Shown: positions 19,636 to 29,989 of the stretch, one piece after another | How positions within the stretch are numbered: position 1 is the stretch's first letter | Layout: each line of letters opens with the position of its first letter | Origin: Promethearchaeota archaeon | GTDB lineage: Archaea > Asgardarchaeota > Lokiarchaeia > Sigyniarchaeales > SOKP01 | NCBI GenBank assembly: GCA_016839705.1 | Contig: JAEOTR010000060.1 | Span: 64,001 to 128,000, forward strand | DNA: 64,000 nt | Direction of reading: 5' to 3' | Translations under genes and position numbers: made by a program | The notes under the pieces: model-generated | Databases searched by the model: none | Seen by the model: only the letters and a program-made list of their open reading frames with translations | Told to the model about the DNA's origin: nothing

Positions 19636-20835
19636 GTGAACAATTTAATGGCAAAAAAGCAAAATAGTAAAGAATTAGACTTACGGGCAGCAAAGGAACT
19701 TTATATTGAATATTTAGAAAAGGGAAGAGTAAAAAAAGATATCACTCTTCCTCCTGAAACTGTAAAAATTGATGATCTTAATAGGAGAGAAACTCTCAAC
19801 AGATTATATAAATTGGTTGACGATGTTCTTGAAAAAATTTATAATACTGGAAGACCTTCAATCGAGTTACCTTCTAGATCAGGAGCGAATATAATATGGG
19901 ATGAAGAAAATGATTTGTTACTCCTTGGTAGACAAATTATGGAAAAACAATTCCATACTTTAACAAGCGTTGCGGACATAACAAGATTAATGCGTGTACT
20001 AGAAGTTGTAAATGAATTACTTAATGAAGATATTCATGCTACAAAAAGGGAGGTTTTCTATACTGATGTAAATTTATTTCAAGAACAAAAAAATAGCGAT
20101 AAAAGTATTGAAGATGTAGCAACAATGCTATATACAACAAGAAACTCTACCCATATAGTAGCGGCTCCAAAAGGTACTTGTGTAGGTAGATTAAGAATTC
20201 GGGATAGAAATGATATAATCGACTTAGAAGGACTGGGGAGTGGAGGATGGACAATCTCACCAATGTTAGACAACATTGATATAATTGAATCAGACGCAGA
20301 ATTCATACTTGTAATAGAGAAAGATGCAGCAATGATGCGTTTAGCAGAAGCAAGATTTTGGAGGAAATATCCTTGTATACTCTTAACAGCTCAAGGAGTT
20401 GGAAATGTAGCCGTTCGAATGTTTTTAAAAAGGTTAAGTAAAGAATTAAACCTTCCAGTATTCAGTTTAGTTGATAGTGATCCCTATGGTCATTACATTC
20501 ATTCAGTCTATTTGAGGGGATCTAAAAGATTGAGTTATGAATCTCCATTTCTTGCAACCCCAAATATAAAACTATTAGGAGTGTTAACGAGAGATTTAGA
20601 TGAGTATAAAATTCCTCAAGAAGTGAGGATAAAAATGAATAAACAGGATGAAAAACGTACTAAAGATTTGCTAAGCGAGGATTTTGTCAAGAAGAATAGA
20701 GCTTGGGAAACTGATCTTAAACTTGCACTTAAACTTAAAATAAAAGCAGAAATACAAGCATTTGCTTCTCATGGATTTAAATTTTTAACTGACAGGTACC
20801 TACCTGAAAAACTTACAACAGGTGATTGGATATAA
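19636..20835 (+). CDS. top6A: DNA topoisomerase VI subunit A (Spo11 homolog)
   Basis: ATKREVFY (catalytic Tyr), FQEQKNSD, VIEKDA, DSDPYG (TOPRIM DxD) and KAEIQA. Confidence 0.96.
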   Translation: MNNLMAKKQNSKELDLRAAKELYIEYLEKGRVKKDITLPPETVKIDDLNRRETLNRLYKLVDDVLEKIYNTGRPSIELPSRSGANIIWDEENDLLLLGRQIMEKQFHTLTSVADITRLMRVLEVVNELLNEDIHATKREVFYTDVNLFQEQKNSDKSIEDVATMLYTTRNSTHIVAAPKGTCVGRLRIRDRNDIIDLEGLGSGGWTISPMLDNIDIIESDAEFILVIEKDAAMMRLAEARFWRKYPCILLTAQGVGNVAVRMFLKRLSKELNLPVFSLVDSDPYGHYIHSVYLRGSKRLSYESPFLATPNIKLLGVLTRDLDEYKIPQEVRIKMNKQDEKRTKDLLSEDFVKKNRAWETDLKLALKLKIKAEIQAFASHGFKFLTDRYLPEKLTTGDWI

Positions 20836-21344
20836 AGGTTTTTAAATTGAAAAATGGTGGAGTAGTACAATTAGCTGATAAGGAAAAAATGCAAGAATGG
20901 CCAATTGAATTACCGTTACTTTTTATTGAATATATAAAAAGTAAACAAATAGATAGTTATGGGAGTGCGAAAAGGGAGGTTGAGAAATATCTCGATGAAA
21001 TTTTAAAAGACGTTGCCATTCCTAGATTAATAGCTGTTTTGAGGGGAGATGATAATGAAGAAATTGTATTAGCTTTAACTCGTATTGAAGAAATTTCAAG
21101 AAAAAATGTAGACATGGCTAAACCAATAAGCAAATATCTTGGCGATCTCTTAAAGAAAAATGATAAAAATATAGTAAAACTAGCCAAAACTATTTCAGAC
21201 AATTTTGCTAAAGCAGAAAGAAAAGAAGAATTGGCGAAAAAAAGGAAAATAATGCGCGATAAAGAGAAACTGTTTTTGGAAGGAAAAATTAATGGGGAAG
21301 AATACGCTAAAGCTAGAAGAGAATATTTAACTTTAAAAGATTAA
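20826..21344 (+). CDS. Hypothetical helical (HEAT-like) protein
   Basis: 172-aa ORF overlapping the top6A stop; AIPRLIAVL...ALTRIEEIS helix pair; C-terminal GKINGEEYAK (SHOCT-like). Confidence 0.6.
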   Translation: MDIKVFKLKNGGVVQLADKEKMQEWPIELPLLFIEYIKSKQIDSYGSAKREVEKYLDEILKDVAIPRLIAVLRGDDNEEIVLALTRIEEISRKNVDMAKPISKYLGDLLKKNDKNIVKLAKTISDNFAKAERKEELAKKRKIMRDKEKLFLEGKINGEEYAKARREYLTLKD

Positions 21345-21355
21345 TTTTAATTCTT

Positions 21356-22036
21356 ATGAACGGGGAATTTGATAAGGATAATTTTTATCAGTTTATATTT
21401 AAAAACAAAATAATTGGATTTTTTGAAGAACCGATTAAATTAAAATCTGGTAGACTCTCATATTGGTATGTAAATTGGAGAAATATATCAGAAGATGTAT
21501 TCTTACTCGATAAGTTATGTGATTACATCTTACAGTTTATCAATCATCTAGATTTATCCCCAGATTGTTTTTATGGGGTACCAGAGGGTGCTACTAAATT
21601 GGGTATAATTACGCAATTTAAATGGGCTAAAAGTCAGGAACATTATAACTCTGGAAGATTTAGATTATCAATGGGAAGAGGGAGACCAAAAGAACATGGG
21701 GATCCAAAAGACAGGTACTTTCTTGGTCAACCACAGGGAAAAGTAATAATTTTAGAGGATGTCATTACCACAGGTACATCTTTAATTGATAGTATTAAAA
21801 AATTAAAAGAATTAAATATAAATGTAATAGCTGCTATTGGTTTAACAAATCGAAACGAGTTGCGAAATGACGGTAAAAGTGTTGAAGAGGTCATTCTAAA
21901 AGTAGGTGTTAAGTTCTATACAATGAGCAATGCAATAGATCTCTTACCAGCTCTTAAACCAAATAAAAATATTGCTTCAAAAATTGAAGCCTACTTTAAG
22001 AAGTATGGGACTAAAGATATCAAAATGTCCTATTGA
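21356..22036 (+). CDS. pyrE: Orotate phosphoribosyltransferase
   Basis: LKSGRLSYWYVN, PKEHG loop and PRPP-binding ILEDVITTGTS. Confidence 0.85.
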   Translation: MNGEFDKDNFYQFIFKNKIIGFFEEPIKLKSGRLSYWYVNWRNISEDVFLLDKLCDYILQFINHLDLSPDCFYGVPEGATKLGIITQFKWAKSQEHYNSGRFRLSMGRGRPKEHGDPKDRYFLGQPQGKVIILEDVITTGTSLIDSIKKLKELNINVIAAIGLTNRNELRNDGKSVEEVILKVGVKFYTMSNAIDLLPALKPNKNIASKIEAYFKKYGTKDIKMSY

Positions 22037-22071
22037 TTTAAAGGATTAAAGATCTAAAAGGATACTTATTC

Positions 22072-22644
22072 TTATTCACTATTTATAAAAAAATCTCTCC
22101 AATTTTTAATAATTTTAAAAAATATGTCAAATAATAACTTCTCGGATATCGTAAGTCGTCTTTCATCATCTAAAGATAATTCTGTTTTTGCTAATTTTAA
22201 TAACTTAAATAGTCGATTATCAACTATACTTGTTGAATAAGAATTATACCTATCTAAATTAATTTGAGGTATATTCTTGTTTTTAATATCATTCTTCATG
22301 AATTGCTTGAATACTTTAATCTTATTCAAGAAAAAGTTATCCTCAGTTTGGATTAATTTCTGATCATCTCTTTCACTTATAGCATACCTCTGCACGTCAA
22401 CATTATCACATTTTTCAGATTGGCTAATTTCTAAAACTTCATTAATAATAAAGGGAATTGCAGAAAACAACTTAATCTTATATTTTTTTCCCTTCTCATA
22501 AGGCCCAAAAGATTCACCTAACAATGTAAATCCATCATAACTCTTTACACATTCAGTAGTAATTTTTTCATTTTTAAACATAAAATTTATTCTTTTAAGG
22601 GAATAGGTTAACTGTCCTCCTAGGTCTTCCATTATTTTTCTCAC
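22072..22644 (-). CDS. GINS complex subunit, Gins23-like (B-A domain order)
   Basis: N-terminal beta domain FGPYEKGKKYKIKLFSA; C-terminal RLFKLLKLA...LTISEKLLF...KNWR; close to mcm. Confidence 0.7.
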   Translation of the reverse strand: MRKIMEDLGGQLTYSLKRINFMFKNEKITTECVKSYDGFTLLGESFGPYEKGKKYKIKLFSAIPFIINEVLEISQSEKCDNVDVQRYAISERDDQKLIQTEDNFFLNKIKVFKQFMKNDIKNKNIPQINLDRYNSYSTSIVDNRLFKLLKLAKTELSLDDERRLTISEKLLFDIFFKIIKNWRDFFINSE

Positions 22645-22739
22645 CAGATTTATTAAACTATAAAAACTTTATATATTATACAAACGTACTACAAGAGAAA
22701 TAAACTTAATATTAATTTATTAATATTTTAAAAAAGTTT

Positions 22740-25700
22740 GTGAAGATTTTGATTATAGAAATTATCCTACTAATAATTTTCCTAATATTTTTCGCAATTG
22801 GATTCTATATTATTTATAGACAAGTTGCTCTAGTAAAAAAAGGGGAATTCAGTAACAAAGATCGGCTTCAGTGTGTTATTTACGGTTTCATTTTTAGTTT
22901 AGCTATAATGGTAGTCATCGCTGTAGCATTTATTTTTGCTGTAGAATTATGGGGTACAACACCCATAGAAGTTAATCCTTTGATTTTGCTAATACCTTTT
23001 GTTTTTAGTTTAATATATATCTCATTCTATCCTCTTATAGATTTTCTTTTTATTGCTTTGAGTAAAGAATCCGACGAAGGATTAACTCCATTTCACAAAT
23101 TCATTAGTATTAAAATAATTAATAGACTCGAAAAGACACCATTGAAAATATTGATCGCTATTACTTTTTATGTTTTTGTATTCTTTCTGCCACCTTTTCT
23201 CCTATCTATTATTGGTTTACCTTTTATAATGATTTGGGTAACTTGGGTGTTATTTTATCCTTTAATGATTTTAACTTTCTATGGCTCAAAAGGATATATT
23301 GCAGGAATATCAAATGCTTTTTATCACATCCCAAATATAAATAGATCAATATTTATTAATTTTGAAGATCCGAAAAGAGGAGTAAAACAATTTCTTTCAG
23401 ATCCCGGTCCTTATATTATTTTAGGATTAATGATATTCGTGTTTGTATGGGCATGGATTTCCCTCTTTCAGACAATTGCCTTTTTTTTTACCGGGAAATT
23501 AGCTATTTCAACAATGTCTTCCTATTTTGTTTTTGTAACATTAATATTCGGAATACTGGGATATTTTACTCGTTTTTGGGGGAGAAAAATAAAATATCGC
23601 GGAATAGATATTTACTTTGCAGCCTACCTTATGGCTTCGATTGTTATTAATGTGCTTGTTAACTTTTTGATTGTCAATCGTGAAAACTTATCTGAGGCTT
23701 TTAGCATATGGATTGTAACAAGCCAAATAGTTCCCAACTATTTAAAATTTGCATTCGCAGCGGTAATTGAAGAAATTGTATTAATAATTTTTACATCTTA
23801 TTTCTTTTTAGCAAGAAATAATAAATTTCTAAAAAATATTCGATATTCCAAAATTACAGAATGTGGTCAAACATTTGATCCAATTCCTTTGTTTAATTTT
23901 ATAAAAAACCGTGATCCTGACATAAGGAAACATGCAGAAGATACTTTGTTTTTTATGTTTGAAAGAATTCCTCTTAAACCTGAAATAGATCTTAATAATT
24001 GGAAATATAGAAATGCAATAATGGATGGTTTGTGTGATCAAAATCCCAAATCAAAAAGAATTTGTTATAAGATTTTAGTTCAATTAGAAGAAGATGTTCC
24101 AGAAATAACCTTACCTTGGATAATCGAATCACTTAATTCCCCGAATTATGATAGAAATATTCCCATCCTAAAATCCCTTCTAGAGATAAAAATCGACGTT
24201 CTTGATGAATTACCATATTATCTATATATAAATCTATTGAATGACGCAGATTGGAGAATAAAATTGTTGGGATTGAAATTATTAACACGTTTATTAAAAA
24301 AAAATAGTGCAATTGCTTCAAAAATAAATTTTGATAACTTAGTAAATGACCCTAATTATCAAATTCAGGTAGAACTCCTTAATATCTTTTCAGAAATTCC
24401 TCGTAAACTCCCTGAAGAGATAATTTTGGAGAAAATATTTCATAGCAATAAAGAAATAAGTGCTGCGGCTATAAAAAACTTGAAATTTCTAAAAAATATT
24501 GATTTTAATAGTAAATTTGTATCAAAAATCATTCATTTAATGGAAGATCCATCAAGTTTAGTAAGAGCTTCAATTTTTGAAATTTTGGGAAGGATAGGGA
24601 ATTTTAAGAAAAGTAAAATTCCAATCTTGCCTCTCCTCGAGGGATTGATTGATCTTGATGAGAATGTGAGAAAATCCGCAGCAAATGCACTAGAAAAATA
24701 TTATAATGAAGAACCTAAATTGTTAGATTTAGATGGCATTATAAGTAAAATTGACCCAAACAATGTTGAAATATTAAATAGTATATTATCTTTACTGGGG
24801 AGATTATGGGAAAAAAATCCCGAAAAAATCTTAACAACATTACTAGTTTTTATAAAATTCGAAAATACTCAATTAAAACAACTTATCTCAGATATTTTAA
24901 TAGAGAAATATAAAGAATATCCAGATTTAATACTTCAAAATTTAATAAAAATTCCTGATGACTCTGGATATATAACAAAAGGGATTGTTGCTAAAACACT
25001 TATCAATATTGGTAAAAATGATCCAAAGAATATTATTCAGAAATTAATACTTTTTCTTGAAAATGAGAATAATGAGATTAAACTCAATTCAATTATTTCT
25101 TTAGATGGATTAGTAGAAGAATTTCAGGATGGTCTTAATGTTAAACCTATTATTAATTTAATCCAAAGTAATGAAAGCAATCAAATAAAAAAGGAAGCTT
25201 CGAAACTTACTTCAAGAATTGCTAATAAAGATCCCAGACTGATACAACCATTAATACCTGAACTTATTAATTCATTAACTGAACAGGAATCATCTGTAAG
25301 AATCGTTCTGTTTAAATCAATATTAGAGATCTCAAAATCTTCACCTGATATAATCCCGATTCAGACAATTTCTAATTTCCTTTCAGATTCTGATTCATTC
25401 ATACGTGAAATAAGTACAAAAATACTAGGTAATATAGGATATAAAAGACCTATGATTGTAGCCGATAATATTATTAAGATTGCGTTAGTAGATGAGGATT
25501 GGATTGTTAGGGAGGCAGCGGTTTCGAGTCTGGGAGCTATTATTGATCATTTAGAAGATAAGAAAAGAATTATTGAAAAACTCACAGTCTTACTCGATGG
25601 TGAACAGGGTTGGGTTAGGCGATCAGCTCTTATGATATTATCAAAAATTGAGGAAGTAGATGAAACTTATGTACCTTTCAATAAACTTCTAAATTGTTTA

Positions 25701-26078
25701 ATTAATGAAGATCCTAAGGTAAGGGAAGCAGCAGTTGGGTTGTTAAAGATTTATAGTAGCAATATTGAAGAAATCTTTGATAACATTGTAGAATTATTAG
25801 GTGATCATGAAAAGGAAGTAAGAACAGGCATAATCAATAGTATAGTAAATATAATACAAGAAGTAGGACTAAACCAAATTTTATCAAAGCTTTTAAAGAA
25901 TTTAAGTGATACAGGATCTATTGAGATTCAGCGTTCGATATCATTGATTTTAGGAAGAACAGCAAAATATGAAAATGAAAAAATAAAGAAACGTGTGATA
26001 TCAGTCTTGAAAATTAGATGTGAGATGAGCCAAGATCCAATAATATGTGGTACCCTTCAACAATTGAAAGAAAGTTAA
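22740..26078 (+). CDS. Polytopic membrane protein fused to a long HEAT-repeat solenoid
   Basis: About 9 hydrophobic segments in the first 360 aa, then many HEAT repeats (DPSSLVRASIFEILG, DEDWIVREAAVSSLG, EDPKVREAAV). Confidence 0.85.
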   Translation: MKILIIEIILLIIFLIFFAIGFYIIYRQVALVKKGEFSNKDRLQCVIYGFIFSLAIMVVIAVAFIFAVELWGTTPIEVNPLILLIPFVFSLIYISFYPLIDFLFIALSKESDEGLTPFHKFISIKIINRLEKTPLKILIAITFYVFVFFLPPFLLSIIGLPFIMIWVTWVLFYPLMILTFYGSKGYIAGISNAFYHIPNINRSIFINFEDPKRGVKQFLSDPGPYIILGLMIFVFVWAWISLFQTIAFFFTGKLAISTMSSYFVFVTLIFGILGYFTRFWGRKIKYRGIDIYFAAYLMASIVINVLVNFLIVNRENLSEAFSIWIVTSQIVPNYLKFAFAAVIEEIVLIIFTSYFFLARNNKFLKNIRYSKITECGQTFDPIPLFNFIKNRDPDIRKHAEDTLFFMFERIPLKPEIDLNNWKYRNAIMDGLCDQNPKSKRICYKILVQLEEDVPEITLPWIIESLNSPNYDRNIPILKSLLEIKIDVLDELPYYLYINLLNDADWRIKLLGLKLLTRLLKKNSAIASKINFDNLVNDPNYQIQVELLNIFSEIPRKLPEEIILEKIFHSNKEISAAAIKNLKFLKNIDFNSKFVSKIIHLMEDPSSLVRASIFEILGRIGNFKKSKIPILPLLEGLIDLDENVRKSAANALEKYYNEEPKLLDLDGIISKIDPNNVEILNSILSLLGRLWEKNPEKILTTLLVFIKFENTQLKQLISDILIEKYKEYPDLILQNLIKIPDDSGYITKGIVAKTLINIGKNDPKNIIQKLILFLENENNEIKLNSIISLDGLVEEFQDGLNVKPIINLIQSNESNQIKKEASKLTSRIANKDPRLIQPLIPELINSLTEQESSVRIVLFKSILEISKSSPDIIPIQTISNFLSDSDSFIREISTKILGNIGYKRPMIVADNIIKIALVDEDWIVREAAVSSLGAIIDHLEDKKRIIEKLTVLLDGEQGWVRRSALMILSKIEEVDETYVPFNKLLNCLINEDPKVREAAVGLLKIYSSNIEEIFDNIVELLGDHEKEVRTGIINSIVNIIQEVGLNQILSKLLKNLSDTGSIEIQRSISLILGRTAKYENEKIKKRVISVLKIRCEMSQDPIICGTLQQLKES

Positions 26079-26239
26079 GAAATAAGTATAACTACTAAGT
26101 CTATTACTAAATCTTTTCTCTCACTCAATTTTTAAATTTGGAGTTTTATTCACTGTTTAATAACCTATCCCTTAATATTCATCATTAAAATAGCATAAAA
26201 TAAATTATTAAAATATTCGATTTATAAAAATAAGAGTGA

Positions 26240-29200
26240 TTTGACACGACAACCCCACTTTCTAACCCGACAATTCCAATAAATAGAATCCAAAAGTTTG
26301 AAGATTTTTATCGACTGTTTCAAGAAAAACCTGGTGTATATAAATACTTAGACCAAATTAACAATATAACCTCAAAGGGGGGAAATACGTTAATAGTTTT
26401 TTATGAGGATTTATTAGCATTTGATCCCCAGATTGCAGATAAATTAAAAACTGATCCCGAATCGGTGCTAGAAGATGCTATTGAAGCATTTACAAACATT
26501 CTAAAATTTCAAGGAATAGTAGTAAGTAATCTTAATTACTTTGTTAGGGTTACAACTAATGACAAAAAATGCCCATTGTATATACTCCTAAGAGGTCTTA
26601 GAGCAAAAAATATAGACAATTTTATTTGGTCAAATGGGATTCTAATTAGAAGTTCAACAATTAGACCAAAGTTAATAAAAGCTACTTTTGAATGTACGCT
26701 ATGTGGAAGCAAATTTGAGGTAATTCAGCTGACATCGAGAATTAAATGGCCTAATTTCTGCAGTAATCAACGATGTAAAGCCAAAACTCAATCAGATTTT
26801 AGGCTTATCTCAAAAAGTTCAGAATTTATTGATTGGCAAAGTATTATGATCCAAGAAATTCCTGAAGATTTACCCCCAGGAAGAATTCCCAGATCAGTTC
26901 AAGCAATACTAACACATGATTTAGTTGATACAGTTAAACCCGGAGATAGAATAAAGATAATGGGCATTTATAAATCCGTTTTAGCTCAATCAACCCAAAG
27001 TTATAACTCTACGCTATTTAAAACCTTTATTGATGTTAATTTTATTGATCCTGAAGATAAAAGCGAACAGATTGTCGATCTTTCAAAGGAAGATAAAAAA
27101 ATAATAGAAGAAATGTCAAAAGAACCGATGATCCAAAAAAAAATTGCTCGTTCAATTAGCCCTAGTATTTATGGTCGGGATCAATTAAAAATGGCATGTG
27201 CTTTGAGTTTATTTGGAGGGACAAGGAGAAAAAAACCAGGTGGTGGATATAAAAGAGGGGATCTTCACTTTCTTGTCGTAGGCGACCCCGGTACTGGAAA
27301 ATCAGAAATTTTAAAAGGAGCGGTTGATATCTCCCCCCGAGGATTATATACCTCTGGTAAAGGATCAACAGGCGTTGGGCTTACCGCTGCTGTAATAAAA
27401 GAAGGCGACACAGGACAAATGAATCTTGAAGCGGGTGTTGTAGTACTAGCCAATGGAGGGATTGCAGCTATCGATGAGTTTGATAAAATGGACACCACAG
27501 ATCGCTCAGCTTTACATGAGGCGATGGAACAACAATCTTACCATTATAATACTGAAATTCTAAGTGTAGATGGTAGACGAATTGTTATTGGAGAATTTAT
27601 CAATAATTTAATGGATCAAAATAAAGATAAAATAATATTTGGTAAAGATTGTGAAATTTTACCATTTAATGATTTAAAAATTTACACCAGTGACTTTAAG
27701 AAAATATTTAAGACTAATGTAGATCGAGTAAGTCGTCATAAAGCACCTAACAGTTTTTATAAAATTACATTTACTAATGGGAGATCAATAATAATTACAC
27801 CCGAACATCCAATATTCGTGTTTCGAGAAGGTATTTTATGTTGTATTAGTGCAAAAGATTGTATTAAAGATGACTTCATCCCTATCCCTAAATATTTACC
27901 AAATTCAAGTGATATTATTGAACTACATGATAATCATGGTTCAAATCATCCGCTAGCTAAGGAATTAACCATGCCAAGACGTCTAACTCCTAAATTAGGA
28001 AGTTTGCTTGGATATATAGTTACTGAAGGCCATAGCTATAAAGACTCTGGAGCAGAAATAGGATTTTCAAATATGGATGACATTTTGCTTAAAGATTTTT
28101 ATAAATTGATGAAAGGTGAATTCAATATTGAACCTTCTATAAATGAAAGGGATGATGGATTAAAAACACTCAGATATATATCAGTTAATTTGTATGAATG
28201 GATGCTAGAGAATTTTCCAGAAGTTATGACAATATCAAAATTTAAACGTATACCAAATAAAATATTATCCAGCAGTCGTAAGATAAACAAGGAATTCTTG
28301 ATTAGTGCTTTTAAAGGTGATGGAAGTGTAGAATCTACAGCAATATGTTATCGAACGGCTTCTAAAGGTTTATGTGTTGATTATCAAGATTTACTATTGA
28401 AATTAGGAATTCACTCTCGAATTACTTATGATAAGTATAATGATTCCTATAAAGTCTACATTCGGGTCCAATCTTTAATTCAATTTTATGAAGAAATTAT
28501 TCAAGATAATGATCATAGAATTGAAAAAATCAGAAATTTAATTAAACCTGATGTATCCAAAACCCATCATCATGATATATTTCCAAATTCAATAATAGAC
28601 ATGATTATTAATCTTAAGCATAAATTAGCTATTTCATACGATGGATATTTCCATGAACATTTAAAAGAAAATCATGGAATTACTCGTAATGTCTTTCAAA
28701 AAGAGCTAGTTCTAATCAAACATAAATTCTTAAAAATTAAAAAAATTTTTGATAAAAATATTGACATTAAAGAAATCAGAAATAAAACGGGGTATTCTCA
28801 GGAAAATTTAGCTCAAATGGCTGGTCTTAATCGAAGTAATATTGATTATTATGAAAGAGGAGGATATGATAAAAAACAGAAGGAAAAATTAATATTAAAG
28901 ATCGTTTCCTCTCTTAAAACCAAAATAAAAGAAGCTGAAGAGGAAATCGACTACTTAGACTCTTTATTAGAATCAGACATTTGTTGGGATAGAATTAAGA
29001 AAATTGAGTGTATCCAAAATAAGAAAAAGAATTATACACCATGGGTCTATGATATAACTGTAGAACCGAATCATACATTTATTAGCCAAGGAATTGTTCT
29101 TCATAACACTGTAAGTATTGCCAAAGCAGGAATAGTGGCTACTTTAAAAGCTCAAACCGCTATTATTGCGGCAGCTAATCCATATTCAGGAAGATATGAT

Positions 29201-29947
29201 AGATATAAAACACCTACACAAAACATTCGTCTGCCACCATCTCTTTTATCTCGTTTTGATCTAATCTTCGTAGTAGTAGACCGACCTAATCCCTCTGAAG
29301 ATGCCCAAATGGCAGAATTTATTTTGAAAAACGCTATGGTAAAGCCAGAAGAGGACTTTGATGATCAAGGTGAAAGTATTGCCCCAATTCCTAAGGAGCT
29401 TCTTAAAAAATACATTAAACATGCGAAGAGAACATGTCACCCTGTTCTGTCAGATGAAGCTAAAGAAAAAATAAAAGAATTTTATTTAGAATTAAGAGGT
29501 CAATATGATAGTGAAGATGCAATCATTTCGATCTTAGCAAGAAATTTAGATGCTCTTGTAAGGTTGTGTGAAGCTTATGCAAAAATGGCTTTAAGAGACA
29601 AAGTTATTAAAGAAGATGTTGAAGAAGTTATGAAATTATTTAAAAGATACCTTAAAGATACTGGCTATGACGAAACTTCTGGGAAAATTGATATGGATAG
29701 AATCTTTGTTGGGCAATCTAGAAGTAATCTGAACAGACTTGAGTCATTAATGAACAGACTTAAAGAAATATTCGAGGAAAATAGTTGGAAACCTTTAGAG
29801 AGGATTAATGTAATTCAAATCTTAGATTTAGAAGAGAAACTAGATAAGAAATTCATTGAAAATGCGCTTGAAGAATTGATAAAAGAAGGAACTCTTTATG
29901 AGCCAAAAAGTGGATTTATCAAGTTCACTAACAAAGAATCAGTCTAA
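26240..29947 (+). CDS. mcm: MCM replicative helicase containing one intein; start codon unresolved, frame open from 26240
   Basis: N-domain IQKFEDFYRLF...YKYLDQI...FYEDLLAFDPQIADKL lies upstream of GTG 26465; Zn finger CTLC..CSNQRC; GDPGTGKS; IDEFDKM; SRFD arginine finger. Confidence 0.95.
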   Translation, partial: FDTTTPLSNPTIPINRIQKFEDFYRLFQEKPGVYKYLDQINNITSKGGNTLIVFYEDLLAFDPQIADKLKTDPESVLEDAIEAFTNILKFQGIVVSNLNYFVRVTTNDKKCPLYILLRGLRAKNIDNFIWSNGILIRSSTIRPKLIKATFECTLCGSKFEVIQLTSRIKWPNFCSNQRCKAKTQSDFRLISKSSEFIDWQSIMIQEIPEDLPPGRIPRSVQAILTHDLVDTVKPGDRIKIMGIYKSVLAQSTQSYNSTLFKTFIDVNFIDPEDKSEQIVDLSKEDKKIIEEMSKEPMIQKKIARSISPSIYGRDQLKMACALSLFGGTRRKKPGGGYKRGDLHFLVVGDPGTGKSEILKGAVDISPRGLYTSGKGSTGVGLTAAVIKEGDTGQMNLEAGVVVLANGGIAAIDEFDKMDTTDRSALHEAMEQQSYHYNTEILSVDGRRIVIGEFINNLMDQNKDKIIFGKDCEILPFNDLKIYTSDFKKIFKTNVDRVSRHKAPNSFYKITFTNGRSIIITPEHPIFVFREGILCCISAKDCIKDDFIPIPKYLPNSSDIIELHDNHGSNHPLAKELTMPRRLTPKLGSLLGYIVTEGHSYKDSGAEIGFSNMDDILLKDFYKLMKGEFNIEPSINERDDGLKTLRYISVNLYEWMLENFPEVMTISKFKRIPNKILSSSRKINKEFLISAFKGDGSVESTAICYRTASKGLCVDYQDLLLKLGIHSRITYDKYNDSYKVYIRVQSLIQFYEEIIQDNDHRIEKIRNLIKPDVSKTHHHDIFPNSIIDMIINLKHKLAISYDGYFHEHLKENHGITRNVFQKELVLIKHKFLKIKKIFDKNIDIKEIRNKTGYSQENLAQMAGLNRSNIDYYERGGYDKKQKEKLILKIVSSLKTKIKEAEEEIDYLDSLLESDICWDRIKKIECIQNKKKNYTPWVYDITVEPNHTFISQGIVLHNTVSIAKAGIVATLKAQTAIIAAANPYSGRYDRYKTPTQNIRLPPSLLSRFDLIFVVVDRPNPSEDAQMAEFILKNAMVKPEEDFDDQGESIAPIPKELLKKYIKHAKRTCHPVLSDEAKEKIKEFYLELRGQYDSEDAIISILARNLDALVRLCEAYAKMALRDKVIKEDVEEVMKLFKRYLKDTGYDETSGKIDMDRIFVGQSRSNLNRLESLMNRLKEIFEENSWKPLERINVIQILDLEEKLDKKFIENALEELIKEGTLYEPKSGFIKFTNKESV
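27536..29107 (+). mobile_element. Intein (524 aa) in MCM with LAGLIDADG homing endonuclease and embedded HTH
   Basis: Interrupts HEAMEQQ|TVSIAKAG; starts with SYHYNT; block B ITPEHP; LAGLIDADG-like LLGYIVTEG and FLISAFKGDG; block F VYDITV; ends VLHN with +1 Thr. Confidence 0.95.
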
Positions 29948-29989
29948 TTTTTTTTAAATATCTTATTTTTTCGTTATAATCTGAACAAT

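Noticed and set aside
26079-26240. Replication origin next to mcm
   Set aside because: AT-rich spacer, but no ORB-like repeats with G-strings and no cdc6/orc1 gene nearby.
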